A stretch of DNA of 64,000 bases, taken from positions 1,244 to 65,243 of the forward strand of contig CASEKF010000033.1 of NCBI GenBank assembly GCA_949288455.1. Reading direction: 5' to 3'. Of the stretch, positions 40,816 through 51,147 are shown piece after piece. The position numbers and the translations under genes are program-made. The stretch comes from an uncultured bacterium (GTDB lineage: Bacteria > Vulcanimicrobiota > CADAWZ01). The notes under the pieces were generated by a model. That model ran no database searches. It worked only from the letters and a program-made list of their open reading frames with translations, and was not told the origin of the DNA. Within the stretch, counting starts at the first letter, position 1. Each line of letters opens with the position of its first letter.

Positions 40816-42918
40816 TTATTTTTTTACTTCATAAGCTCCTGAAAGAACCCTGAAAGAAGTTTCAAATTCAAGCGGTCTTAAACTTCTGCCCTCTATTTCT
40901 AGTCCTTCCGAACGACAAATTCTCTCTATCAAAGAAGCGCAAGTTTTACCTGCGCATGGCCCCATAGCGCATCTTAATAAAGCTTTCAACTCATGCAAAG
41001 AAGACGCTCCGTTCCGAATCATAGTCTTAATTTGTCCCGCCGTTACAGATTCGCATCTGCATACGATTTCATCGTCTTCAGGAAGGTCGCTATCAAGAGA
41101 GAAATCTTTTGAAACAAGTTCTTCAACTATAAATCCGGCGGCGTTTTTGCATATAAATTCAGACGACGCTACGGTAACCAAAGCTCTTTTATAACGATTG
41201 CTAAACGATATGTCTTGAATTATGCCGTCTCCTAAAGCTTTTCCTTCTATATCGGTAAGCTCAACTTTCTTTCCTACGTTTATTAAAGAAAGATTAAGTT
41301 CATAAGGTAAAATAGCTTTAGGATTTTCAGGATCTCGCCCGTCGAATAAAGTTATGCTAAGCGCAGGGCAAACTCTTAAACATTGGCCGCATCCCGAACA
41401 CTTTCCGGAAAAAACCGGAATCCCCGTAATCTTATCCGAATTTAACTTAATAGAGCCGTTAGGACATGCATATGCGCAAGGATTGCAAGGTATCTCTTGA
41501 ACGCATCTTATAATAGGATAAAGTTCTCCATATTCTGTCGGCTGAAAATCATAGATTTTTCCCGGTCTGCTTTTCATAACGTTAAATTTTTCCAGCCAAT
41601 CTTCAGGAATTTCAACTTTTTGGCCAAAAGATCGCAAAACTTTACGCGCAGTCAATTTGCCGCTAAACATAGCGGCTCCGGCCTCCGCTATTTCGGCTGC
41701 GTCTCCGCATGAATATATGTTAAAATTAAGTTTCTTACCCTCTAGGAACAATTCGTTGACGCTTTGAAAGCCAACGCTAAGCAACACGGCGTCAGCGTCA
41801 ATTTTCTTACTGGAACTTAAATCAGCCTTACCGTCTTTTATTTCGGCTATTACTACGGATTTAACTCCTTTTGCGTCGCCCAAAGCGGCCTGTACGGTAT
41901 GAGAAAAGTAAAAAGGGACTCCAAGCCTCTTTAACTTTAAGGCATGTACTTGGTAACCTCCGGCGTCCGCCCCAAGCTCGCAAATGCCGCATACCTTAAT
42001 TCCCGCCTGCATAGCATGAAAAGCCGCGATAAGTCCTACGTTTCCGGCTCCTATGATAAAAAGCTTTTCCGCGGGCTTAACGAGATCTCTGTTAAGAATA
42101 GTCTGAAAAGCTCCCGCTCCATATACTCCCGGCAAATGCCATCCGGGGAAAGAGAAAGCTTTTTCCCGCGCTCCCGTAGCTACTACGACGCATTCAGGCT
42201 TAATAAGGATATACCCCGAATCCGAAACTGCACCCACAGTAAAGTCGCTAAACATCCCTATAGCCGATACCGAGGGCATATATTTGATCTCGTCGTAAGA
42301 AGAAATCTTCTCGTAAAGTTTCGATGCGATTTCAAAACCTCTTACGCCCGCGTAGCATTCCTCTTTTGATCCGAAAAACGGATGCGTCTGCATTAAAAGT
42401 TTTCCTCCGGCTTCGGGTTTATCGTCTATTAAAAGAGTTTCCACTCCCGCCTCGGCAAGCTCGACGGCACATGATAGGCCGGCAGGTCCGGCTCCTATAA
42501 CCAAAACCTTAGTTGACAGATATATCGGATCCTTAAATTCAAGCGGCGAAACGGAATCCGGAAGGCTCTCAGGCTTTAAAAACGGACGGACGTCCATACC
42601 TTCTTTAACTAAAGTCATACAGGCTTTTACTACTTTGCCGTCTGCGATCACGGAGCATTGAGAACACTGCCCGTTAGCGCAAAAAATACCCTGAGGCCGC
42701 CCTTTTTTCTCGCCGAAAATCCTTATGCCGGCCGCGAACAAAGCGGAAGAAATCGTCTCGCCGGCTTTAGCCGAAATCTTCTCGCCGGAAAAGAAAAACG
42801 ATAAAGAATCTTTTTCCTTTATAGAAAGAATAGGATGAGACTTCAAACGGAAATCAAGCATAAAATTCCTCTCATAAATAAAATTTAACTTCTCTGATTC
42901 TTCTTTAGAAAAAATCAA
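40816..42918 (-). CDS. Multi-cluster Fe-S flavoprotein, equivalent to an HcnA/HcnB or SoxA-like fusion
   Basis: 700 aa with a 2Fe-2S motif (CANGQCSQCSV...C), FAD/NAD fold 'VLVIGAGPAGLSCAVELAEAGV', two 4Fe-4S ferredoxin motifs (CNPCAYACP, CSGCGQCLRVCP) and a C-terminal BFD-like [2Fe-2S] (CRCESV...CAMGPCAGKTC). Confidence 0.7.
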   Translation of the reverse strand: MIFSKEESEKLNFIYERNFMLDFRLKSHPILSIKEKDSLSFFFSGEKISAKAGETISSALFAAGIRIFGEKKGRPQGIFCANGQCSQCSVIADGKVVKACMTLVKEGMDVRPFLKPESLPDSVSPLEFKDPIYLSTKVLVIGAGPAGLSCAVELAEAGVETLLIDDKPEAGGKLLMQTHPFFGSKEECYAGVRGFEIASKLYEKISSYDEIKYMPSVSAIGMFSDFTVGAVSDSGYILIKPECVVVATGAREKAFSFPGWHLPGVYGAGAFQTILNRDLVKPAEKLFIIGAGNVGLIAAFHAMQAGIKVCGICELGADAGGYQVHALKLKRLGVPFYFSHTVQAALGDAKGVKSVVIAEIKDGKADLSSSKKIDADAVLLSVGFQSVNELFLEGKKLNFNIYSCGDAAEIAEAGAAMFSGKLTARKVLRSFGQKVEIPEDWLEKFNVMKSRPGKIYDFQPTEYGELYPIIRCVQEIPCNPCAYACPNGSIKLNSDKITGIPVFSGKCSGCGQCLRVCPALSITLFDGRDPENPKAILPYELNLSLINVGKKVELTDIEGKALGDGIIQDISFSNRYKRALVTVASSEFICKNAAGFIVEELVSKDFSLDSDLPEDDEIVCRCESVTAGQIKTMIRNGASSLHELKALLRCAMGPCAGKTCASLIERICRSEGLEIEGRSLRPLEFETSFRVLSGAYEVKK

Positions 42919-45900
42919 GACCCCTTTTTCAAACTCTCCGTTTTCAGTTTTTTCGGCATAGCGTAAACTCTGTCATACGAGTTCATTAACAAGTAAACTG
43001 AAGCTGGAGGAACGGTAAGACTGCCCTCTTGAACGGATTTGAAATATAAAGATTTTGACAATCGCCTTTTAGGTTCCAATTTATTTATATAAATCGTAAC
43101 TTTAGCGTTATCGAACAAATATCCGCCGATATCGGAATCTTCAAGAAAGCTCAGTTCCGGCGAAAATCCAGGAATATAAGGTATCTCCAAAACAAGGTTT
43201 CTAATTTCGGTATCTCCGGAATTAACTACCGAAACTGAATACTTTATAGTTTGGCCTAAAGAAACCTCGCTTTCGGAAGTATGAGAGTATATTTTTAAAT
43301 TTTTCAAGTCGGAAGACGGCAAGACTTTTTCTTCGTCGTTCTTAATTGAGAAAAGATATGAGCCGGATATCTCGCCCGGTATTTGAATCTTGAATATATT
43401 ATCGGCTTTCAAAAGACGTTTATCTAAATTTAAATTCACTATGCGGTTATATTTTTTATTGTACGTAGCGTAAAATAAGGCGTCGTTTACAGATATTCCT
43501 ACGTTTATATCTCCTTCGGGCAAATTATTATCAAATACCAAAGATAAAGTTTCCAAAACGTCTGCCGTAGCCGGAGAAGAATACCAAATTCCAGTCCTAT
43601 GCCTGGTCTGCATTATGTAATCGACCGCTCTCTTGACAACGTCGCGATAACCTCCGGATTTAAGAAGGACTCTAAGACAAAGCGCAGTCGCCTGCACGTT
43701 TTCAGGTTTGCCTGGCAGAGCCGAATATAATCCCTCCAGAGCGTTCCAACAAACTATATCATGAGTATGAAGAGCATTTTTATTGATAAGACCGGCAATC
43801 TTACCGGTCAATTCCTCGTCTATTTTATAAAAAGTCAAGGCCGCGTAAGCTAGAGCGTAGGGATCCTTACTCGCTAAAATATTTTTTTTAAGCCAATTCA
43901 GAGACTTTTTAAACTCCGGCGAACCGGAATATCCGCTTTTTGATAAGGAATATAAAACTTTTGAGGTAATTCTTACGTTATCTTCCCAAGATCCGTTCTT
44001 TTTCTGCAGGTTAAAAATCCATTTTACAGACGAATCTATGATTTTAGGATCTACGAAAATATGCTTTTTAGACATAATTAAAGCTTCTACTGCGGAAGAC
44101 GTGATCCATAAATCGGCTTTTGAATTATGAGTTAAGGCGAAACTGCCGTCAGGATCGCCGTAAGAGATTACGTTTTGCACGTTGCAAGCCAAAGAATATT
44201 TAAATCGTTTCATGTATTCGGAAGACGAAGAAGAAAGATAATCTAAAATGGAAGAAGATATCTTAATCATATTTACGTAATATATGCAATTATGTCTATC
44301 GTCGTCGGCAAAAGAGTCGAAACATGATATATAATGAGACAGTATCCCGGGATAGACGCTTAACTCTATGCCTTCCATAGTTTTTAGCTCTTCGTCGGAA
44401 AATCTTATCCTCTGAGATACGGATCCGGAAAATCTGCCTCCGGCAGAACGTTCGTCTAAAGCGTACCGAGCGGGAATCGTAATATTTTCATATTTGGAAT
44501 CCCTATAAAAACCGCAGTTTAAAGACGCGATAATCCTCCCCTTTCCTTCTTTCTCAGCCGACACCCATATGGGCAATGATATTGTTTCATAAGGCATCAG
44601 CTTTATTTTAAAGGGCGAGGAAGAATCGCACTTAATCATCCCCTCCCCTTTAATCAGGACGGATATTTCCTCAGAGGAATTCGAATGATTTTTTATATTC
44701 GCAAAACATTTTAGTCTATCGCCTTTATACATAGTTCTAGAAGCGTTGAACGCTATGCTGTACGGACGTTTGACTTCAAAATCGACAGGCTCTGAAAAAT
44801 TTACTCCCTTCCCGGTAAAAGCCGCCGCCATAAGAGAAAATTTTCCGGATGCGGAAGGAGCGATAAAAGAAGTTTTCGCGGAACCGGAAGGAGATAATTT
44901 AACGTTAAAAAAATCAATCCATTCTCCGGAAGAAAACGGTTCGTAACGCGCAAAATCGTTGTTTCCGGTTTCAGTCCGCATAAGCGAGGCAGTTTGAGGT
45001 TTTGGATCTGACAAAGAGGAAATAAAAGGAGTCGAAGATAAAAAACGAGCGTAACCTTTATAAGAAATAAAAAAAATGAAGCAGGCCGCTAAAAGAATTC
45101 CCGTTAAAAAAACGGGTCTGAAAACTTTTTCGTTCTCCGGTTTGCTCAATTTTAAATAAGTTAATACTAAAGTTAAAACGGGCAAAAGCAAAAACGACAT
45201 GACCGAGAGTTCCGAAATCAAAATATTTGACGAGAATAGAGTTCTATAATTCCATATATCCCATAAATTTAAAGACGATATTATAACCAGCAAACCCGCG
45301 ATAGTAACGGCAAAAATATAAACGATGGTAAAACTCAAAATATTTATAAACGCCCTATCGGCAGGCTTATTTACCCGGCGATGAAGAAAGTGGGCAAGAA
45401 ACATTAAATATACGAATAAAAGACATACCGCGAGAGCGTCGACAGCCAGAGCGTATCTGGACGTAAAAAATTCGCTTACGTCCATACTCTTAATAGACAT
45501 TAAACATAACGCGGTTAAAAAGACGATAAATAAAATAAACGGCAGCCCGAAAGTAAAAATAAAAGCCCCCGGAATATCGTCAGAGTCAAAAGGATCCGGC
45601 TCCTTTTTAAAAAACAGAGACGCAAAACATTCTTTCAAAGCGTAAAATAAAAGACCAAAAAAGGCTAACAAAGACACTACAAGACAAACTTTAAAAAAAT
45701 ACGAAAATAAACGCTTATAATACGATATTTTTGCCTCGGCGCTTCTATCTGATTTCAACTTATAAATATCTTCAAAATAAAATCCGGGAATTTTAGAGTA
45801 AGATTCGCTCAAAACGATCCGGCATATACTCTGAATTTCAGAAGATCCGATGTCCATAGACTCTCTAAAGAAAACGGGGCGTTTTTTAAAATAATTTACA

Positions 45901-47759
45901 AAATTTCTTCCGAAATCATTTACGTCGCGTACGTCAATTCCGGATGAAGAATTGTCGCACAAAGCGGCAAAAACCATTCCGCTTCCTTTTTCAGCGTTTT
46001 TGGCATAAAAAGACACGTCTGCCTTTTCTCCGGTATTAAACGTGTCTTTAGCGAGCTCGGCGTTTAAAAGAGGCTTGTCTATGCCCATTATATATACGGG
46101 AAAAACTTTTTGTTCCAATACCCCTTCCAAATCCATTCTTTGGATAATAATTTCGCATACGCCTTCAATATCTTCAGGAATGAAAAAATCAAAACTTGTC
46201 TCTGGAATTTCAACTTTCGTCATATCTGACTTAACAATTACTCCGTCTTTAGAAAGAGAAATTAAAACCGGTTCGGCGTCCGAAGACGAATAAATCTTTA
46301 AACCGGCGTTGCTTCCGGCCTTCATACAAGAATTTAAAAGACGAACGGAGAAGGAAGACACGGAAGTATAAGCGGAAAAATCAAAAGGAATTTTGCGAAA
46401 CGCTCCGTTCGGCGCAGTTATTTCAAATATAGGCACGGATCCGATTTCCAAAGCCGGATCAATTTCGAGCTCAGCTAAACCGGCTTTATCGCTTTTAATC
46501 GAAACCTCGCCGTTTTTCAGCCTAACTTTCAGGTTTGCGGAAACTGGAGAGCCATCCGGAAGACAAGTGAAAACAAATAAACGATTAGGAGTTCCGGGAG
46601 TAAGAGAATTGCCTTCGGGAATAAAAGATACGAGAAAAGGCTCGTCCGATATTTTATAGGAAGCGGAAGCCTCGGCAAAGGAACTGTCTAGGCGCTTAGC
46701 CTTTATATTTAAAGTCAACTCTAAGGAATTTTCCAATAAGAAATCTTTCTCATAAACCGAAGGGGAATACTCAAAAACAAATTTTCCCGCAGAATCCGTG
46801 ACGCCTGAAATTTGTTTTTCAGCTAATATGGAATCTCCCGTTTTTTCGGTTATAAAAGAAGAAATTTCGGCATTAGGCATCCTCATTCCGTATTGATCTT
46901 CCAGCAAAGCGGAAATTCTAGTCGTCTTCCCGGACATAAAATAAGAAGGATTAAGTTCCGTTTTAATTTTTAAATCGGGGGTCTGAACGGAAGATATTCC
47001 GATACTTTTTGAAGCTGAAACTCCTCCGGACGAAACGACTATTTTATAAGTTCCCTGCCTAAGCATAGAAGCAAGGGGAACTTTATCCATATAACAGCCA
47101 AAAGATAAGGTTTTAGAAGCATTAGAATATAAAATTCTTCCATGCTCGTCTAGCAAACTTATTGAGATATCCCTCTCTACCATCGACGGAGTTTTAGATA
47201 TAACGGCGCATATAACGTCGATATCGTCGCCCGGAGAATAGCTCGAACTATTAGTAGATATGACTATTCTGTTAGACGATTCAATCTTAAACGTTTTTTT
47301 AAAACTTACGTTGCCTAATCTATGATACGCCGAAATATCGCATACGGCTTCTCCCGAAATATAAGAAGGTATATACGAAGACAAGAGCGCGTAACCGGAA
47401 GAATCAGACTTAGCTTCGGCTTTCCCGAATATCAGTCCCGCGGAATCGCGAAAACTAACGGTAACTAAAGCCCCGTTAACGGGCGTATTAGTCTCAGCGT
47501 CTTTAAGCGCGCATATCAAGGTAAAATCGGAATCAGAATAAGGGGTTTCCGGCGACAGCATAAATATCTGCAAATTTCCTTTAAAATATCCGGAAAAGGA
47601 TATCCATAAAGTAACGGCCGCAAAAACGATCAAAAGAATTGCCGCGACTCGTTTAATTAAAATATTATTTCGTTCGGACAAAGAAAACAGCTTCATAAAA
47701 TACGCTCCAAAAATTCGTTTTTTTGCCGGGCGATGGACGCATAATACCAGAAAATCCAA
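42915..47759 (-). CDS. Giant polytopic membrane protein with alpha-macroglobulin-like MG/Ig domains, a central six-TM block and an alpha-alpha toroid domain; thioester motif not found
   Basis: 1614-aa ORF. Probable start is the internal Met at 47696 (MKLFSLSERN). There is an N-terminal signal anchor, repeated beta-sandwich segments, several strongly hydrophobic helices around aa 680-900, toroid-like signatures (GSWEDNVRITSKVLYSL, TGIWYSSPATADVLETL) and a C-terminal DUF11-like beta domain. Stop overlaps the next gene's start by 4 nt. Confidence 0.6.
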   Translation of the reverse strand: MDFLVLCVHRPAKKRIFGAYFMKLFSLSERNNILIKRVAAILLIVFAAVTLWISFSGYFKGNLQIFMLSPETPYSDSDFTLICALKDAETNTPVNGALVTVSFRDSAGLIFGKAEAKSDSSGYALLSSYIPSYISGEAVCDISAYHRLGNVSFKKTFKIESSNRIVISTNSSSYSPGDDIDVICAVISKTPSMVERDISISLLDEHGRILYSNASKTLSFGCYMDKVPLASMLRQGTYKIVVSSGGVSASKSIGISSVQTPDLKIKTELNPSYFMSGKTTRISALLEDQYGMRMPNAEISSFITEKTGDSILAEKQISGVTDSAGKFVFEYSPSVYEKDFLLENSLELTLNIKAKRLDSSFAEASASYKISDEPFLVSFIPEGNSLTPGTPNRLFVFTCLPDGSPVSANLKVRLKNGEVSIKSDKAGLAELEIDPALEIGSVPIFEITAPNGAFRKIPFDFSAYTSVSSFSVRLLNSCMKAGSNAGLKIYSSSDAEPVLISLSKDGVIVKSDMTKVEIPETSFDFFIPEDIEGVCEIIIQRMDLEGVLEQKVFPVYIMGIDKPLLNAELAKDTFNTGEKADVSFYAKNAEKGSGMVFAALCDNSSSGIDVRDVNDFGRNFVNYFKKRPVFFRESMDIGSSEIQSICRIVLSESYSKIPGFYFEDIYKLKSDRSAEAKISYYKRLFSYFFKVCLVVSLLAFFGLLFYALKECFASLFFKKEPDPFDSDDIPGAFIFTFGLPFILFIVFLTALCLMSIKSMDVSEFFTSRYALAVDALAVCLLFVYLMFLAHFLHRRVNKPADRAFINILSFTIVYIFAVTIAGLLVIISSLNLWDIWNYRTLFSSNILISELSVMSFLLLPVLTLVLTYLKLSKPENEKVFRPVFLTGILLAACFIFFISYKGYARFLSSTPFISSLSDPKPQTASLMRTETGNNDFARYEPFSSGEWIDFFNVKLSPSGSAKTSFIAPSASGKFSLMAAAFTGKGVNFSEPVDFEVKRPYSIAFNASRTMYKGDRLKCFANIKNHSNSSEEISVLIKGEGMIKCDSSSPFKIKLMPYETISLPIWVSAEKEGKGRIIASLNCGFYRDSKYENITIPARYALDERSAGGRFSGSVSQRIRFSDEELKTMEGIELSVYPGILSHYISCFDSFADDDRHNCIYYVNMIKISSSILDYLSSSSSEYMKRFKYSLACNVQNVISYGDPDGSFALTHNSKADLWITSSAVEALIMSKKHIFVDPKIIDSSVKWIFNLQKKNGSWEDNVRITSKVLYSLSKSGYSGSPEFKKSLNWLKKNILASKDPYALAYAALTFYKIDEELTGKIAGLINKNALHTHDIVCWNALEGLYSALPGKPENVQATALCLRVLLKSGGYRDVVKRAVDYIMQTRHRTGIWYSSPATADVLETLSLVFDNNLPEGDINVGISVNDALFYATYNKKYNRIVNLNLDKRLLKADNIFKIQIPGEISGSYLFSIKNDEEKVLPSSDLKNLKIYSHTSESEVSLGQTIKYSVSVVNSGDTEIRNLVLEIPYIPGFSPELSFLEDSDIGGYLFDNAKVTIYINKLEPKRRLSKSLYFKSVQEGSLTVPPASVYLLMNSYDRVYAMPKKLKTESLKKGS

Positions 47760-47783
47760 GGAATCGAAGGCATGTCTCCGCTA

Positions 47784-48491
47784 TTATATGCAATTCGGCG
47801 ATTCAATTAAAAATTCGCGCAAATCCGGAAAATAAATAACCGGTTCAACTTCGTCCTCTGAACAGACTATTGTCATAAAGTCGTCGCCGTAAGGCATCCG
47901 TTTAAAAAAATAATCTCTGTACTCTAAAGGATAAATAACTTTCAATCGTACAAGATCAAAAATAATATTTTCCGACATTAGTTTCCAGACGCTTATTCCC
48001 TTAGCTTTAGCTAAAGATTCCCTCAAGCACCATGCGGTATAAAAAGATTGGGCTTGATCAGGGGAAGACGCGATAAAATCATATTCTCTTCGGCTAAAAT
48101 AACGAAAAGAAATACGGTTAAAATCTTTTCTTTCTAATTTTTCGCAATCTATTCCTACCGGCAAATCTGACACGGCTATAAAACATTTGCCGCCGGAATG
48201 ACTCATATTAAATTCAACTCCGTCCGTTCCTGGTTTTCCATAAATAGAATAGTTAAATTTAACGTTCTGAGGCTCGCAGCCGATATATCTAGAAACTACC
48301 GTTCTTAAAAGTCCTCTGCAAATGATAAAACGCTCCCCTGAAGAAGCGTTTTTATAATTCAAAGCTCGTTCCGTTTCGTCTGCGGAAAGAAAATGTTTCA
48401 TCGAGCATAGTAATCTTCCGTCTATAGCAAATTCAAAGCAATCACACCAAGCCATGTTCAAAAGCCCACCTTCTAAGCCTTTCCAAGCCAT
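47784..48491 (-). CDS. Sfp-type 4'-phosphopantetheinyl transferase (PfaE/EntD-like)
   Basis: Motifs YGKPG, FNMSHSG, VGIDCE and WCLRESLAKAKG. Start is ambiguous (48491, 48455 or 48401) and may overlap the oleD 3' end. Confidence 0.8.
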   Translation of the reverse strand: MAWKGLEGGLLNMAWCDCFEFAIDGRLLCSMKHFLSADETERALNYKNASSGERFIICRGLLRTVVSRYIGCEPQNVKFNYSIYGKPGTDGVEFNMSHSGGKCFIAVSDLPVGIDCEKLERKDFNRISFRYFSRREYDFIASSPDQAQSFYTAWCLRESLAKAKGISVWKLMSENIIFDLVRLKVIYPLEYRDYFFKRMPYGDDFMTIVCSEDEVEPVIYFPDLREFLIESPNCI

Positions 48492-49449
48492 CGTTGAAAG
48501 AGACGCTCGGAACGTATCCGAAATCTCGCGCGGACGCGCTTATATCAAACCAATGATCGCATGAAAATTCCTTAACTACAAATCTTGTAAGAAGCGGTTC
48601 GTCCTTTCTGCCGCTTATAAAGTAATAAAACTCCAATAAAGAACCGGCGGCATACGCCAAAGGCTCCGGGATATCTCTTTTAATGGAACTTAAATTAAAT
48701 TTCTCAAGTATTGAGTTTAAAATCTCGTTAAGAGGCTTAGGAGAACCGTCGGTTATAAAATAAGCCTTTCCGGCGCATTTTGACCATTCTGAAGACGCCA
48801 GTTTCTTAAGCGCGAGAATATGAGCTATAACGGCGTTGTCTATATAAGTTATGTCGATTATATTGTTTCCTCCGTTTACCAAGGTCATAGTCCCGGCTTT
48901 TGCCCTTGCGATAAGACGAGGTATAAGATGTCTGTCGCCAGGGCCCCATATAAGATGAGGGCGAAGAGAAATCGTTCGAAAATCGGGAGAAGACGCGCTC
49001 AAAACAAGTTTCTCAGCCATAGCCTTCGTCTTAGGATAATGAGAGTAATACTTCTCGGGATAAGGAGCCGTCTCATCTATTCCTTTTTGATCCTTCATGT
49101 CGAAAACCGCGCTGGGAGTCCCGGTATAAACGAAAACTTTAACTCCGCATTTCAAACAAACGTCTAGTAAATTCTGAACAGAAACGACGTTGCTTAAATA
49201 ATAATCTTTATACTCTCCCCAAATTCCAGGCTTAGCGGCGGTATGAATCACGGCTTCGACGCCGTCTAAACATGTTTCGACATAACTTTTGTCAGACAAA
49301 TCTCCCATAAAAACTCTATCCGATATCGAAGATAAAGCTTTAGACGGATCTCTTCTAACGGCGATAAAAAGCTCATGTCCCTCTTCCTTCAATCGTTTGG
49401 CCAAAGCTCCGCCAAGGAAACCGTTAGCTCCGGTTAAAAGCACTTTCAT
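48442..49449 (-). CDS. oleD: OleD, NAD(P)-dependent 3-beta-HSD/epimerase-family reductase of the olefin pathway
   Basis: TGANGFLGGALAKRL Rossmann motif and YxxxK region (YSHYPKTKA). Position and size fit OleD. Start overlaps the oleC stop in an ATGA arrangement. Confidence 0.75.
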   Translation of the reverse strand: MKVLLTGANGFLGGALAKRLKEEGHELFIAVRRDPSKALSSISDRVFMGDLSDKSYVETCLDGVEAVIHTAAKPGIWGEYKDYYLSNVVSVQNLLDVCLKCGVKVFVYTGTPSAVFDMKDQKGIDETAPYPEKYYSHYPKTKAMAEKLVLSASSPDFRTISLRPHLIWGPGDRHLIPRLIARAKAGTMTLVNGGNNIIDITYIDNAVIAHILALKKLASSEWSKCAGKAYFITDGSPKPLNEILNSILEKFNLSSIKRDIPEPLAYAAGSLLEFYYFISGRKDEPLLTRFVVKEFSCDHWFDISASARDFGYVPSVSFNDGLERLRRWAFEHGLV

Positions 49450-51098
49450 TTTCCCACCGCCCATACGGCTAATTTTTCTCTAAAGATCTTAGCGTTATGC
49501 CTGATGTCGACAGGGAAAGACGGATGAATAAGAAATTTTTCTATATTTTCGGTGTGTTTAAATTTTTTCGCTAGATCTCTCAAGTCAGATAAAATTTTTT
49601 CCTGAGAAGAAGACGCGTCTTTTTCCAACTCTACGCATAAAACCGGTTTTTCATATTTACCGTCCGGAACGCCGACCAAAGCGGTTCTGTAGACATCCTT
49701 ATGCGCGTTGAAGACCCCTTCTACGCATATGGTGAACATATCCCCGTTTTCAGTTTTCACTCTATGAGATTTTCTGCCGCAAAACCAAAATTTGCCTTCT
49801 GAATCTCTATAACCGACGTCTCCCATTCTATGATAAAAAGAATCTCCGTCATATATCTTTGCAAGCTTTGTCGCATGATTATTGTTATAATATTCCCTGG
49901 TGACAACCGGCCCCTTAACTACGAATTCTCCGATTTGCCCGTCAGGCAACTCAAGGGAATCGCTCCATTCTTCTATCGGATCGTCGGAAATTTTTATAAC
50001 TTTCAAAATTATGCCTTCGTTAGGCTCGCCTATGCAGGCGCCTTTTCCGCATGCCGTTTTCTGTCCGGCTGTCTCTATAATTTCTCTGCTTCCTATATTA
50101 CAAACCGGAAGAGCCTCTGTCGCTCCGTAAGGAGTAAAAATATCGACTCCTTCCAGAAGCGCGTTCTGGAGCCTCTCAAGAGAATCCGGCCTAGCGGGAG
50201 CCCCGGCTGAAATGACTCTCTTTAAAGAAGGAAGCATGATATTTTCCGATTCCGCATACCTGCCTAAAAGATTTACTACTGCGGGAGAAGCGAACATATT
50301 AGTAGCTCCGAAATCTTCTATAGCCGACACTAACTTCGCAGGGTTAGCTCCGGCTGGTCGCGTTGGATCCATATCAGGGATAATTGAAGTCATTCCCAAA
50401 GCGGGGCCGAATAAAGCGAAAAGAGGAAAAGTAGATAAATCCATTTCGCCGGGCTGAATATGATAAACTTTTTTTAAATATTCTACCTGACTGACAAAAA
50501 TAGAATGCGTATAAACGGCTCCTTTAGGTATCCCGGTGCTGCCGCTGGTAAAAAGTATGGCGGCGGCATCTCCGCCGGAAGGAACCGCCATATCGTATCC
50601 GTCGGCATTACATCCTAATTTTCTTATATCGGAAAGAGTATATCCTCCCCAAAACCACTTTTTGCCTACCGTAATAATATGTTTTAATTTTTTCCCGCCC
50701 CATCTAAAAATAATTCTGGCGATCTGAGCGGCGGGAATTCCTACAAAAGCTTCCGGTTCCGCCTCGTCTAAACATTTTCCCAGACTTTTTATTCCAATTC
50801 CGGGATCTATCACTACCGGGACAGCTCCTACCTTAAAAAGCGCGAAAACGATCGCGAAGAATACGGGAGACGATTTCACCAGTAAAGCCGTTCTGGAGCC
50901 TTTAGTCACTCCTACGGACTCAAAACCGTTGGCTATCCTGTCGCTCTCGTCGTTAAGCTGTCTGTATGTCAAATGAGCATAAGCGGTTCTGCCCATTTCG
51001 TCATAACTGCAAGGAGCCGCTACGGCCAGAGCATGAGGACGCTCTATTGCCATAGACGTCAGATAAGACGCTATATTAATATTATTTAAATTATTCAT
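49446..51098 (-). CDS. oleC: OleC, AMP-dependent synthetase/ligase (beta-lactone synthetase)
   Basis: 550 aa with ANL adenylation motifs (TSGSTGIPKG, YGATE). Sits in oleABCD context. Confidence 0.8.
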   Translation of the reverse strand: MNNLNNINIASYLTSMAIERPHALAVAAPCSYDEMGRTAYAHLTYRQLNDESDRIANGFESVGVTKGSRTALLVKSSPVFFAIVFALFKVGAVPVVIDPGIGIKSLGKCLDEAEPEAFVGIPAAQIARIIFRWGGKKLKHIITVGKKWFWGGYTLSDIRKLGCNADGYDMAVPSGGDAAAILFTSGSTGIPKGAVYTHSIFVSQVEYLKKVYHIQPGEMDLSTFPLFALFGPALGMTSIIPDMDPTRPAGANPAKLVSAIEDFGATNMFASPAVVNLLGRYAESENIMLPSLKRVISAGAPARPDSLERLQNALLEGVDIFTPYGATEALPVCNIGSREIIETAGQKTACGKGACIGEPNEGIILKVIKISDDPIEEWSDSLELPDGQIGEFVVKGPVVTREYYNNNHATKLAKIYDGDSFYHRMGDVGYRDSEGKFWFCGRKSHRVKTENGDMFTICVEGVFNAHKDVYRTALVGVPDGKYEKPVLCVELEKDASSSQEKILSDLRDLAKKFKHTENIEKFLIHPSFPVDIRHNAKIFREKLAVWAVGK

Positions 51099-51147
51099 AA
51101 TACGTTAAAAGAAAACCCCAAGACGCAAAATATTTCAATAATCAAAG

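Noticed and set aside
42915-47759. Thioester (CxEQ) site in the alpha-macroglobulin-like protein
   Set aside because: It was searched for by eye and not found. If the protein is A2M-like, it is a thioester-less variant. The family assignment itself is tentative.
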